Below, piece by piece: positions 12,370 through 24,764 of a stretch of DNA of 64,000 nt. The stretch is from the NCBI GenBank assembly GCA_003971905.1, contig RSEE01000007.1, forward strand, positions 930,001-994,000, read 5' to 3'. Source of the DNA: Moniliella sp. 'wahieum' (taxonomy: Eukaryota). Each line of letters begins with the position of its first letter. Position 1 is the first letter of the stretch. Both the position numbers and the translations under genes were made by a program. The notes under the pieces were generated by a model. That model did not search any database and was not told where the DNA came from. It saw only the letters and a list, made by a program, of their open reading frames with translations.

Positions 12370-14704
12370 GGTTGTGGTGGAGGCGTGGAGAAGGGAGCGG
12401 CCCCTCAATCCTCACCTCAGCGTTCTTCGCGGCGTTTACCCAATCCACCTCATCTTCCCACTGTGCCGTCAGTCACGCGTCACGTGGCGGCAGGCGCAGA
12501 CCGCGCCATTGTGGCCTCTGGCTCAAGGCCAGTAGGTTGGGGACGCCGCGGCTTGATCGATGATCGCCGATTCAATATTCAATCTCAGACCCCAGGTAGG
12601 GTTACCGGCGGATACCGGTAGCGTGCGCTACCGATGGCCTCGATTGCCGCATGCTTGCTTGCTGTGCCACACCTTCCCGCGCGCACGCCAGGCGTCCCAG
12701 CGCGTCCCTCGCGCCCGGCGAAGCGCGAATCCCTCAAGGGGTGGTCCACCTCCATCAGCCATCCCGGACCGGCTGACCTATCAAAAATGCATCTGCCACC
12801 GTCACCCGGTAATCTGTACGCCTGGATTCCACCCCCCCGCCACATTTCTTTTCTGTTTGCTCCACTCCGCTGGTTCTTTGCGAAGCTGGAGTGACGCAAA
12901 TGGTGTGCTCACCAAACCTTAACGGACAGCTCTTCCCCACTGCATCATGAAGCATCCCGTACGCAGATTGGATACGGGTGCCAGGATGGCTTCCAACGAC
13001 GGCATATGTCCACACGGTGGAACGGGCCGAGTAGGAGGCCAATCTTGACGTTGCTTGGCCCGGGGCGCGCTTGGCAGCATACATGCATGGTATAAATGAG
13101 AGCTGTTGAGCTGGATGGCTCGTGCTTTGGCCAATGTCCCTTCCGTTCCTCCTCAGGCCTAGGAGTTCCGCTGTTTTCCCTCTCCTGTTTTGCTCCTTGT
13201 CCTGCAGCTTAATAGCCCTGAGGCCTGAGGCTCAGGCCTGATGGCGAGTCGCCGCTTGATGTTCCTCTGTAGGCATTGCTGGTTGCCACACCACCACCAT
13301 CAGTACGATTGCATCACCCTCGAGGACGATCAGGACTCCAGGTCTCATCAAGAGCCACCAGGTGTAGTTGAATCTCAGCCGCATTGCGTCCGACAAGCGC
13401 ATTTTTGCTTTTTTGAGGAGCTCCTGCTGACGCCCCCTCCCCCGGCGCGCAGCAAGGCTGTGGCTGCGTCTTGAACTACCCAAGCGTGTAGGGGTCGTCG
13501 GGGTTCCCCGTTCACCGTTCACCTTGAACGTGCAATCCCAAAATCCATGACACGTTACGTTGATCTCGATGGTCGCAGCATGAGCGTGGGACGCAATGTA
13601 CGAGCGGTACAAGCGGGCTGTCGCATCCCTCTACTAGCTGAAGAGGTGAGCTGGTGAGGCCATGAGCATCCTGCTACAATCGTCTAGTACTGGGTGGGGG
13701 TACCATCGGCCCAACGTCCCCTTGAAAGAAGGTTACCGGGTACGGGCAAAACGGTGGAGGGCAGTGAATTGGAGCTGGTGCAGGTGCCAGTCGCAGTGAC
13801 GGGGGTGCGGAGAGGTGCGGCGGTGGACCGAGGTGAGGCCTGAGGTGCCGGTGAGGCCCTCAGCCTGAAGGCGTTGGTACATCCCAGGGCAAAACGTGGG
13901 CGAGCATGCGCTTACCGCGACGCCTAACGCTTAGTCTCACCCTGCACCCAGCCACTTGACAGTCACTAGCCACTGGTCTTCGACTAGCTGCTAGGCAGCA
14001 GTCCTCAGTTCAACGTTCAACGTTCATCGATGATGCTGCTGGAAAGGATGCATGATGCATGACATCATCATCGATCCGCGCTGCGCAGCTCAGTGCGGAG
14101 GGGGGTTCCAGCACGGGGCTGCACTGGCTCTGACGTGGCGCCAGCAGCTCGCGCTCGCCACGCGTCGGGCTCTGCACGGCCGCACAGGCCACACAGGGCA
14201 CAGGCCTAGAGCGTGCCCGCGCGGCAACGCAAGCTTGGCAGCGGGCAGGCAAGGACCGACACCTCCGCACCCCAACCCCAAGCGCCGCACTGGCCAAGTG
14301 CCCACCAGGCCACACCAGGCCACACCACCGCACGCTGCTGAGCTCAGCGCAGCGCTCATGCATCACTGGGTTTGGCCGGCTGCATCGCGGCTGCATCGCC
14401 AGCGGGGTTTAGTGATTGCTCGGTTGGATGAATATGGAGATGCAGTGGCCCTGTGTCTGCGGCGGTCACATGCCGGCATGTCCGTGCCAACCCAGTCCGC
14501 CAGCGACAGACACCCTTAAGCGCATGCCTGGTCCCTAGTCCTCGTCCCCCCTGCAGACGGCAGCAGCGCACAAGCAGGCACCTCATCCATCCCACACCTG
14601 CCCCTTGCGCCGCAGCACCCCCACGCAGCACCCACCCGTCTCTGCGCCGGTTGGCTGCGCAGCGCTCCTGCCTCCCCGCCACCACCACCCTCGCACTGCC
14701 TCCC

Positions 14705-17700
14705 ATGTCCGACCCCCCCGGCCCATCTGGTCCGCTGCCGGACGACACCGCATCGCTCACATCCCGCCGCCGTCTGCGCGACCGCTTCAGCCTCTCCCAC
14801 TCCCGCACCCGCAGCAGCCTCGCCCCAACCACCGACCGCACCTCCTCTGACCAGGAGCCTCCCCCCGAACCCCACCCCCCTCCCTCCCGCTCCCGAGGCG
14901 CCAGTGCCAGAGCCAGTGCCAGCGCCAGCTCCAGCGCCAGATGCGACATCCCCTCCCCACCCCTCCCGCTCTCCGCCCGCACCGCCCCCCAAGCCCATGC
15001 CTGTGCCCACACCCACCTCCTCCCCACCACCGGCCGAGAAACCTGGCAGGGAAGCCCCTCCGCCCACTGAAAAGGCGTCTGTTCCGCGCCCCGTCGACTC
15101 CCTCTTGGTCCCTTTCCAGATGTACATGTCAGCGTCGCCGGGCCCAAGACAAGCTGATCGTCGGGTTTGCCGTGCTCTGCGGGGTGGTCGCTTTCTCTGC
15201 CCACATCGCCCAGCGCTTCACGTCGGTTGGATTTATCTCGGGTTTGGCTGGCATTGCTGCCGCTGTGTACTGCCTTTGTGAGCGTATGGGTCGGCAGGAT
15301 CGAGACGATATGTGGCTGGTCGAACAACATCTCGTCTCGACCTTGCGAAAGTGTGGGTGGAGCGAAGCCCAGATCATGTCCTTCTTGTCTGGCAAGCCCG
15401 TCCAGCCCGACGTTGCCGTGCCGCCGTCACCGGGACGCGCGGCTCCAAGTGCCGGGGCAGGGATGGCTCAAGGCGTACGCCAATTCCTCACAAGCAGCCG
15501 TTCCGAGAGCGTCGAGTGGGTCAACGCGCTGCTCAGCACGGTCTGGCCTTTGATCTCGCCCATGTACTTTGCCCCCTTCATCGACCTTCTCGAGGATGCG
15601 CTCATGCAGCAAGTACCTGGAATCGTATCCAATGCAAGGGTGGTGGAACTGGACCAGGGTCGGGTCCCGCTACGGCTCAAGTCGATTCGCCTCTTGCCAC
15701 CCCAGCAAAAAACCTTCTTGACGGGCACAAAGGAGTCGCCTGATTGGAGCAATCACTCTGCCGACTCAGTCGCTGATCCTGTCATCGATCCAACCGCATC
15801 GTTTACAGAAGCGGATGAGTGGGAGGACTTGGGGGACTTTATCAATTTGGAGGTCTCCTTTTCATACCGGGCCGCCTCGACGTTGAGCGAACGCAAGAAT
15901 AAAAAGTCCAACAAGGTTAAGGCCAAAGCGGAAGAGAAGATCAACGAACACGAGGCCGCCAAGCAGCAGGCCAAGAACGACAATGACACTGCTTCCCTCG
16001 CCCCCTCCACCACTTCGTCCAAGAAGTCGACATTCCTTCGCTCCCTCTTCCACCGCCATGGTGTTTCCAACCGCAGCGACATGGAGTTCTCGGAGGACCA
16101 AAATTCGGAAGCGGGGTATAATGCCAGTGTTTTTGGCGATGAGCTCACGTACCAAAAGGGTCGCGATATGATCCACATGCTCATGTACTTTCATGTCGGC
16201 ATCAAGAAATTGGCCGACGCAGCACTACCAGTGTGGCTCGAAGTGCTGGGCATCGAGGGCACGCTGCGGGTTCGGGTACAAATGACACCTGTGCTGCCTT
16301 TTATCAAACACATTGCGTTTACCTTTGCCGGGGAGCCCAAGCTTGAGCTGGGTGCCAAGCCCTTGGGAGAACGAATGGTGATTGATGCGATGCAACTTCC
16401 CCTCATCTCAACGTATGTGCTCAAGTCGATTCAGCAGGTCATTTCGGGCTTCATTGCACCCAAGTCGTATGTGATGGACTTGCACAGTCTCCTTTCCATT
16501 GGAGAGGGTCCTCAAACAGCCTATGCTGTGGGGGCGATCGCGCTGATCGTTCACGAAGCCACTTCCCTCCCTGTGGCTGACGCAAATGGCGAGGCAGACC
16601 CCTTTGTTGTTGCTGCCTTTAGCCGAGAGATGCGGCCGCTGTTTTCAACCCGGGTAGTGCTCAGCACGCGCAACCCGGTATGGCAAGAGTTTGGCATGAT
16701 CCTCGTGACCCCCGACGACCTTGAGGCGGACCAATCGCTGCGCATTCTCGTCAACGATGCGGACCGGTTCTCGGCGGACGACCAACTGGGACAAGTGTCC
16801 TTCCCACTTTCGCGTCTACGTTCCCGCGCCCAGCGACGCGCCATTACGGCTGCCCGTAATGGGGCTGGGGTCAAGCAATCCCTCGCCCTCGCAGCAAGTA
16901 CCTTTGAGACGCGCACCCTCCCGCTCCAGCCCATCGACCCAGACCGGCCCACGCAGGGTACGATCAAGCTTTCTCTAGCCTACATCCACCTCGAGCCCCA
17001 CCTCTACTCGACAGTCAAGAGCATTGATGATGAACTGAAACGCGATCGGGAGCAAGAAGAGAAACAAGCCGAGCGCAAGAGGATCCGGCAAGCCCAACTT
17101 CAACGCATTGAGGCGCTCCGAGCCATGGGGCGAGATCATCTCCCTTCAATGCTCCGATCCGATTCGGGGACCGAGTTGGGGGACGTGGCTTCTATCGCGA
17201 ATTCGCCAGGGACGCCCGGGACACCCGGGGAAGAGGAAGAGCAGGTGAAACCCGATTTGGCGGACGAGTACGACCAGTTCCTGACTGGCTTTGACCAGTT
17301 TGTCTCCAAGTTGGGGGTGCCGCTGGATGAAGAGACGTTGAAAGCGCGTAAGGACCGGGCGGATCGGATCCGTAAGCTGACGTCGCTCATCACGGGGGAG
17401 CAAGACCAATCGGATGCGCCTCCTCGGGATAGCTGGCGATCTGGCATCCTTAGTTATCATGTCCACATGGTCGACCGCCTTGAACCTTTTTCCCAGGATA
17501 AAACGCTTTCGGGACGGTCCAAGCGGGCGGGTGCCACCCAGGGCTTCCGCCAGGCCGCGGCCCAGTCGGGACTGGTGGCCAATGCCGTCCCGCTTCCGTC
17601 GCCGTACGCGTACATTGTGGTGGATGACGAGCCTGTCCTTCGAACGCGCACGTCTCCTCTCAACCCGCAACCTTTCTGGAACGCGGGGTCGGAACGGTTC

Positions 17701-19401
17701 ATTGGCGACTGGCGCACATGTCGCGTGGATGGTACGTGCTCTGTTCGTTTCTTGTTGTGTCCGAGTCAGAGACTGACCATGATCCCTCCATAGTGGTCAT
17801 CAAGGATGAGCGTAACCACGAAGCCGACGCGGTTGGGCATGGTATCGCTCAATGTCAAGGACGTGCTGCAGCACAGTGCACGCCACACGGGTTGGCACAC
17901 TCTCACCTCGGGCATGGGCTATGGTCGGGTCAAGGTGAGCTTGGTCTTTACCCCACTGGCCATTACCGTTCCTCCCCCCTTGCCGGGTGGAACATTGGGA
18001 CGTGGAGATCATTCGTGCTCGCGCGTTGGTCCGGTCAGATGCGCCGATGGCCGAGCGCAAGGTGGGCATGATTGTCTCCACTTTGGAGGCAAAGAGTCGC
18101 TGCCTCCACAAGAGCGGGATCAGGAGGCGCTGTCGCCTCTCGAGGCCTTCCCCAACGGAGAAGGTGGCGCGAAGCGTGCGGACGAGACGCTGCGGCTGAG
18201 CCAATTCACCTGGCCGGAGGGGAGCAGGGAGGGGTGCGGTTGGCCCTTCGGCAACGCTACCTGGCTTGCTGCGCTTTGCGTTGGTAGGCGAGCGCAAGGG
18301 CCTGCGCCGACGGGTGCGGTTTGGCCATGCGCTCATTCGCCTCAACCAGCTCCCGGACGCGGGGATCGTCACGTTGCGCATCCCGATCGTGGAAGGACAA
18401 GAAGGCGAAGCGATGGACCAAACCTTGCTCCGCCTCTCCTCGCCCCCCGACCAACTCCTCAGTGCGGCCGACCGTGCCGAGGCGGCCATGGTGGCGGCCG
18501 AAAACCATAAAAAGAAAGGCTCCTCCAGCGAGCGATCTTCCCCGCTGGCGGGCCAGCCTCCACTGCCCAGCATGGGCATCGTACCTGCCCTAGCCCAAGC
18601 CGGGGCCGTAGCCAGTGTAGCGGGCAAAGCCACGGGACCTTCCCCGCGCGTGCAACAGATCACTGGCCTGCTCACCTCGTTTACCCAGCCGCGGGACGAG
18701 GCTGTGGCCCAACTCTCCTCGACCATCGCCGCGCAACGCGGAGACGCCAATGCTACGTCCGAGACCGTTTCGGCCAACTTAGCGGCGCGCGTGGGCGAGC
18801 CGAGCGAGTCTGTGCTCCCCCCCGGCACCGAGGCGACGGCGTCCGGGTCGGCGGCAGGCGAGCGCAAGGTGGGTGACCAGGTGGGGGTGTTGGAGGTGAC
18901 GTTGGTCTTGTGGCCAGGGGTGTCGTCGGAGCACCGCGGCTTGGCATGCACGACGACGAGATGCGCATTGCGTACGAAACGTTCTTGACGGCGACGGATG
19001 CGCAAGAACGCCCGCCGCCGGGCAAGTACGTTGCGTCGCACGAGGCGCAACAAAGGGCGGACGAAGAGCCGCCTCCGCCCGTGCCGCCCAAGGACGAGCC
19101 GCTGGGCGGTATGTCTGGTACCGACTCGTACGACGAGGCGGAAGAGGACGAGGACGCGGTGGTGGATGGCACGGTGGCGCCAGATGCGTCAGAGCGGTCG
19201 CGGGATTTGCGTCGGCGAGCGGTGATGCACCGGCAACAGCGAGGCGCGGCGCAGCTCAAGGCCTTCCGCACCGCCCGTTGGCTGTCGCGCGGCGTGGTGG
19301 AGAAGGCTCACCATGTCAAGTACGCTGCCACGCGCGACCGCCAGTTCAACTCGACCGGCGTGGGTCACAAGTTGGAGAACGAGAGCGTGTCCCACCTGTA
19401 G
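14705..19401 (+). CDS. SMP-domain / C2-domain membrane-contact-site protein, Mug190-like
   Basis: TM hairpin followed by SMP start (SESVEWVNALLSTVWPLISP...LLEDALMQQVPGIV), SMP core (GIEGTLRVRVQMTPVLPFIK), C2 (LPVADANGEADPFV, DADRFSADDQLG) and a second C2 (PSPYAYIVVDDEPVLRTRT...PFWNAGSERFIGDW). Intron ~17732-17793. The C-terminal MHRQQRG motif resembles fungal Mug190-type proteins. Confidence 0.8.
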
Positions 19402-19834
19402 ATCGCTCCCGTTGCTTTGCCCTGAGCCGAGAGCGAGCAGGAGGGAGCCTGCATCTCTTGTGTATCATAGTCTTTGAAGCGAACGGACACCTGTACCAAT
19501 TCTACTACTCCTATTATTCCCCCCTGGGCGAACAAGCCAGGTCCAGTCTGTGGTTACAGTATAGTATGTGCACAGGAGTTAGACGTTCTCTTTGTGGGCT
19601 CACCGTGAACTAGTACCCACATGTAGCTTGGCTGCACGTAACTTCCTCCGTCGGGAGAACACCCTACCAACTAAAGTGTTGAATTGCTTGGAGCTTTAGA
19701 AACGCATAGGCTACGTTAACTCGCCTAGCTCAGTTGTCAGCCTACGCGACGGCGTCATACGAGAGCAAGACGGGCTGCCCTTCCCCAGCCAACTGAGCAG
19801 AAGGGACAAAAAAGCCTGCCCAGGTAAAAATTTC

Positions 19835-19920
19835 CTCTCCGACCGGGAATCGAACCCGGGTCTCGTCCGAAAGTCTCCCAAGATGACAGGGACGTGTCAT
19901 AGCCACTAAACTATCGGAGA
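19835..19920 (-). tRNA. tRNA-Asp(GTC) with ~14-nt intron
   Basis: Reverse complement folds as acceptor TCTCCGA/TCGGAGA, D-loop AGTGG, anticodon stem CGTCC/GGACG with CT-GTC-A, an intron after position 37, and T-arm CCGGG-TTCGATT-CCCGG. A T-run terminator lies downstream. Confidence 0.93.
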
Positions 19921-20989
19921 AAGATGTGCGTCGCTACATTTTTGCTAGCAACTACGGCTGCATCCGGGGGCCTCAAACACCCCAACACCCATCACTCCTC
20001 GACGTTCGTGTTCAACTCACAATTCAACATCGAAGTTCAACGCACCTTTCCACGTATAGGTCCGTTGATACTGAAACACAACTGCAGCTCTCTCTTCAAG
20101 CTTCACGGCATTTCTATCGTAGGAGCTTTTCAGGCCTCAGGAGACAAGCGAACTCGAATACCCGAGAACCGCTGGCCTACTCCTTCTATCTACTGAGAAT
20201 ATTGCGATTTTTGATATCTGTTGAGTCGTTGAGTACGAGTTCTGAATTCTGAGATCGAGATCTGAGAATCGGCACTGGAAACGTTAAGCGCGTTAAGCTG
20301 TGCCACGGCTGTGCCTCCGAGTGACTCCTTCGGAAATCACTTCAGTCACTATAGTCACATGCATCACATGTTACAGTAACTATGAGCATGAAAAGCTTGA
20401 AGTGACAGTAGTGACTAGTGATGAAGTCGATGAAGAGCGAGCAAAAGCATACAGCGGCGAGATGTACTTTTTGCAACCGTGCTCTACAACAAGACTGATC
20501 TCCATCAAAATGAATTGAGATCGGGAGATATTATAGCTGTGCCGTCGGTAAATTACCGTGTGTTGCATCGAAGACTGTAATAGGTCTACTCTTCTCCCGA
20601 TGACCTGTGTTCCCCTTCCCCTGTTGCACAATCTCTTCCCTTACACTACTCAGTCTGAGTACTCATTAGGAATTCATAAGGAAAATCGGATCGGTCGTTT
20701 CGAAGTGAGGCGAGGAATTATCGGGGCCGAGATGTGTGCAGCAAAAATGTAGCGATCGAGAGAGAGGGGCATAAAAGGAAAAACACAGCTGCCCACAGGA
20801 AAACAGGTTTTCCTGGTGAGGCTCTGGGCATGATTGATATGACAACCAACGGATCAAACCCCACTACGGAAAGAGTGTCCAAAATAAAACAGGCGGTGAC
20901 ACCTGAGAGGGAAGAGAGGAAGAGTAACAGAGGGAGGAGGGAACATTGATGAACTGTGCATATATGTGATCATCGCTACGCCGGCCCTG

Positions 20990-22235
20990 ACGCCCCTTGC
21001 ATCGATGGGCGGGGCGTGGACCGTGCGCGGATGGAGTGGACACGAGAAGATGTGGGTGTGGGCAAACACGAGGACGACCAAGACCGTTCACTTAGACCGC
21101 GGCGAGGAGTCGGGTCAAGAGGTGGCGAGGGGAAGGGAGGTGTCATGCTCATCTCCACAGGAAGCCTTGAGGTTCCCGTCAGTAGCACCAAATACGGGTG
21201 CTTCATCCGAAGAAAGAGAATGGCGGGAGGAGGGAGGTGAACCGCTGAAGCTTCCGTCGATGATGCTCAAGGGGATCAGTCTGGGCGCCGCAGATAAGTC
21301 ATTGCCAAAGATGGAATGGGAAGGCGAGTGGGGCAGTAACGTATCCCAACTACCGTCGCGCAGAAGCGAAGGAGACATAGTAAGGGAAGAAGGTGCAGAA
21401 GTCTGGACCAAAAACGCATCTCCCATACTCGCATACGGATAAGCCCCATTTCGTCCCGATGAAAGCCCGAGGATGCCAGAACCGCCCTCCCCCTTCGTCT
21501 CCAAGCAGCTGATGGGGAGGGAATACGGGAAGAAGAACGGGATATAAGGTCCAATGGGATTTGGTCCAGGCGGAGTGTTGTGACAGGGAGCATGACTTGG
21601 TCCCGATTGTCTAGAAGAGGCGAATGAAGGCGTGGTTCAGAGCGCAACGCAATAGCAGAGGAGCAGCGATGAAGTTTAGAAGTCGAACAGGAGCTGGATA
21701 ACCGCACATGGTGCACCGTTTTTGATAAGCGTGAAGAGCGGGAGCCTGGGCTTGCCAACCGACCACCACTGGTGGTGGGTGTGAGGGGACTCGGAGGTAA
21801 AGAAAGTCCCGCCGAGAGCGTGAGCGTCGATATGAACTCGAGCATGCTCCGGCAGTATGTGATGTACGGGCGGGGTGAGGAGAGCGACGGGAATGTACGG
21901 TCTGAATGTGGAAAGTGGATGCTTTCTGTCAGTCGTTGCTGGGCCCTGGGGAACAGAAGAAAGAGAATGAAACATGCCTATTCAATCGAGCCATTGTGGG
22001 ACGGAGTCGGGTTGGGGAAGAGTTCCTTGGAGGAGCAAAGGGACTGGTTTGGGAACGGAGGAGCGGTTGAGCAAGGGGTGCGCTCAGTTGGCATCGTTGG
22101 CAAATGGATGGAGGAGGAAGGATCAGGTTCAGGAATATCTTCCGTGACAGAGCGAGGGCGCCGCCGACTCAGACATGGGAAGAGGTAGGTGTACCACGAA
22201 GCCCCGTCGACAGTGGAGCTCGGCGGGGCCGACAT
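20990..22235 (-). CDS. Hypothetical Ser/Pro-rich protein (fragmented; possibly intron-containing or degenerate)
   Basis: Successive minus-strand ORFs (21978-22475, 21276-21845, 21115-21504) are all Ser/Pro-rich. An intron-like segment at ~21902-21977 has CTGAC..CAG. No recognisable domain. Confidence 0.3.
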
Positions 22236-24764
22236 GGTGGCTAGATAGATATCGTCGTCGAAGACAAAGAAGGATATCGACGAAATGGAAGAACTAAAGT
22301 AGCTACGGAGATGCTGGGTAGCGGGTAGTAACTGCAACAAAACGAGTTGGCGGCGGTCGGATCGGAGAGAAGAATACGATAAACGGTATGTACATTTGAA
22401 GGCCGCATGGACGTGGGGACGTGACATTGTGTGATGGAGAGGTTGTTGTACATGGTGATGTGACCAGGCGGGCACGGGAGTGGCGACTGAGGCCTGAGGT
22501 TAGTACGTTCGTAGTGCTGAGGACTAGGTACCGACTGCTACCGAGTGTGCGTGCCTTGCAGTACTATTGGCGTGACTAGTGAAGACGCGTGACGCCGGTA
22601 TAGTGATTTGGGTACCGCGTCCTGAATGTTGTTCCCCCATCTGTTGACAATTTATAAGCGCCCACTACTACTACTAGTCGTGTGACTGTGAGCTGCTGGA
22701 ACGACTTGATATACGTACGATGGCATGCGATGGCGAGTAGCAAACGGGCAAAATGTGGCTGTGTATACAGTCGGATCTCTGCCTTGGTGAAATGCTACTG
22801 TCACGGATTGTTGACTAAGCTCGCTCCAACTTCCAGATCTGCATCCCGTGTATCCCTCGCTCTTGAGCCCCTTTCCCTTTTGCTTCTGTTTTCCCTACCT
22901 GATGCCTCTCTTGTTTTCTCCCACGAACGATCTTGCCATTTCCTCCATCGCTGACAGGAACTTGGTCTCCCTTGTCTGGCCCCGACTGTTACAGCTGCTT
23001 ACCGATTTTATTCTCTCCAAGCTTGATATGAGACTGAGCCAGAAAGAACAAGTCCAACCGCCCCAAAGTACCATGAAAAGCTTGAAGGCGATTGGCTGAA
23101 GAAAAGGTCAAAAACGGGGACGAGGTGGGCGAAGGAGGTCAGAGGGGGCAAGCCCAGCATCCTCACGTCAACTGGGGCTCCGGTAGCCTAGGACCATTGG
23201 TTTCGGTTTTATAGCCAAACAGGCAGAAAAGAAAAAAGCGGCGTCTCCAGTACGTGGGGAGTTTTGCTGATTTGGAGGGGTTGAGGCGCTGAGGCCTGAG
23301 GGCATGGTACCAGGATTTTGGCCCAGATTGAGTAGGTGATGCGCGATGAGCACCAATAATTAATAAGGCCCAAGGGGCAAGATGTGCTGAAGGGGCAGGG
23401 ACTGTGAGCAGGGCATACCACAGCACACGCGGTCACAGAGAAGCAGCTCGGAAGCAAGGTGTGTGGGATGTTGATTTTGACAAGCGTGTGATAATCGATA
23501 ACAACAGTACCTATAGACTGTAGTGACTGTAGTGACTAGTGACTAGTGATTAGTGTCTAGTGACCAGAGTAACTAGTAACTAGTAACTAGTAAAGACACA
23601 TGCTCGATATGTAGTCGATGTGGTGATGCGTGCGCATGTGTTACGCCGTGGCCAACTAACTGGCCCCAATCAGAACTTAATCAGATGGCCTCGAGTGACT
23701 GGAGTGAGCGCTGAGTCTCAGCACTGATCCAGGGAGCTGATCACGAGCGCGGGGGTAACCCAGTAACGCGTAAAGTGTAACACGGCGGAGCAAGGAAGTA
23801 CATTCCGTATTGAGAAGACAAATACATATGAGTCGCGAGTGGAAATACTGGCGGTGTTGGTCTCGTGAAGAAGACTGGTGCGAGAAGCAAAGAAGCGCAA
23901 AGGTTGTTCATAGGAAAAATACATCCACACACATGCATCATATAACACTACTATGACCTATAGCACATGCCTGTGGAATGAAAGGGTGAAGCACGGTGAC
24001 CGGTGAAGCGTCAAGCTTCAAGCTTCAAGCTTCAAGCTTCAAGACAGTGTAGAGGGACCCGTTGATTGGGAGCCGACTAAGTTCTGCCGCGATGAAGCTT
24101 GAGCTTAAAGCTTGAAAGTCACAATGTCGCATCAATAATCAATGCCCCGGGTCACACCGGTCACACGGCGGGTCAACCTGGGTCACCTCTATGGTGAAGC
24201 TTGAAGGAGAGAGCTAGTAAAAGCTGGTACGGCCGGTATCCCCGGTACCTGGATTCGCATTCTCCCGAACTGTGGCATCGGAAGTCATCGTCATGGCACT
24301 GTCTTTGCAAAGCTTTGAGGGTGAGACGAAAACCCCAGTGGGCCTCTATTGGGGCATCGTCCCAACAGGCTCGCGCATCCGGCGTGTGCTGCTTGCTCTT
24401 GCCAAGAGCCCACTCGTGCGCCCGCATTTAACTCGCCAGCTGGTCATGCAGGACCCGCTGGCTTCTGCCAGCCGTTCACTTCCAAACTGTGGATGTAGCG
24501 GAGTGGATACGAGTACTAAGGAGTGGTAGACGTGAGTATATTTCCCCCTCTATCCCCAAACATATCGAAGCTTCACCAGCTTGAAGCTTCGAACGGCGCT
24601 GCATGTTAACTCTCACCTCATGGCCGGCATGACATTTGCTCGCATCTTGTTTGTATAGTAGCACACCTCCTATTCCTGCTCCTATTCTAGCCGATTTGAC
24701 TCTGACACAAAGATGGGAATCGCGACCTGAGGTCACCAGGGAAATATTAGTGGTTGGAACGTTC

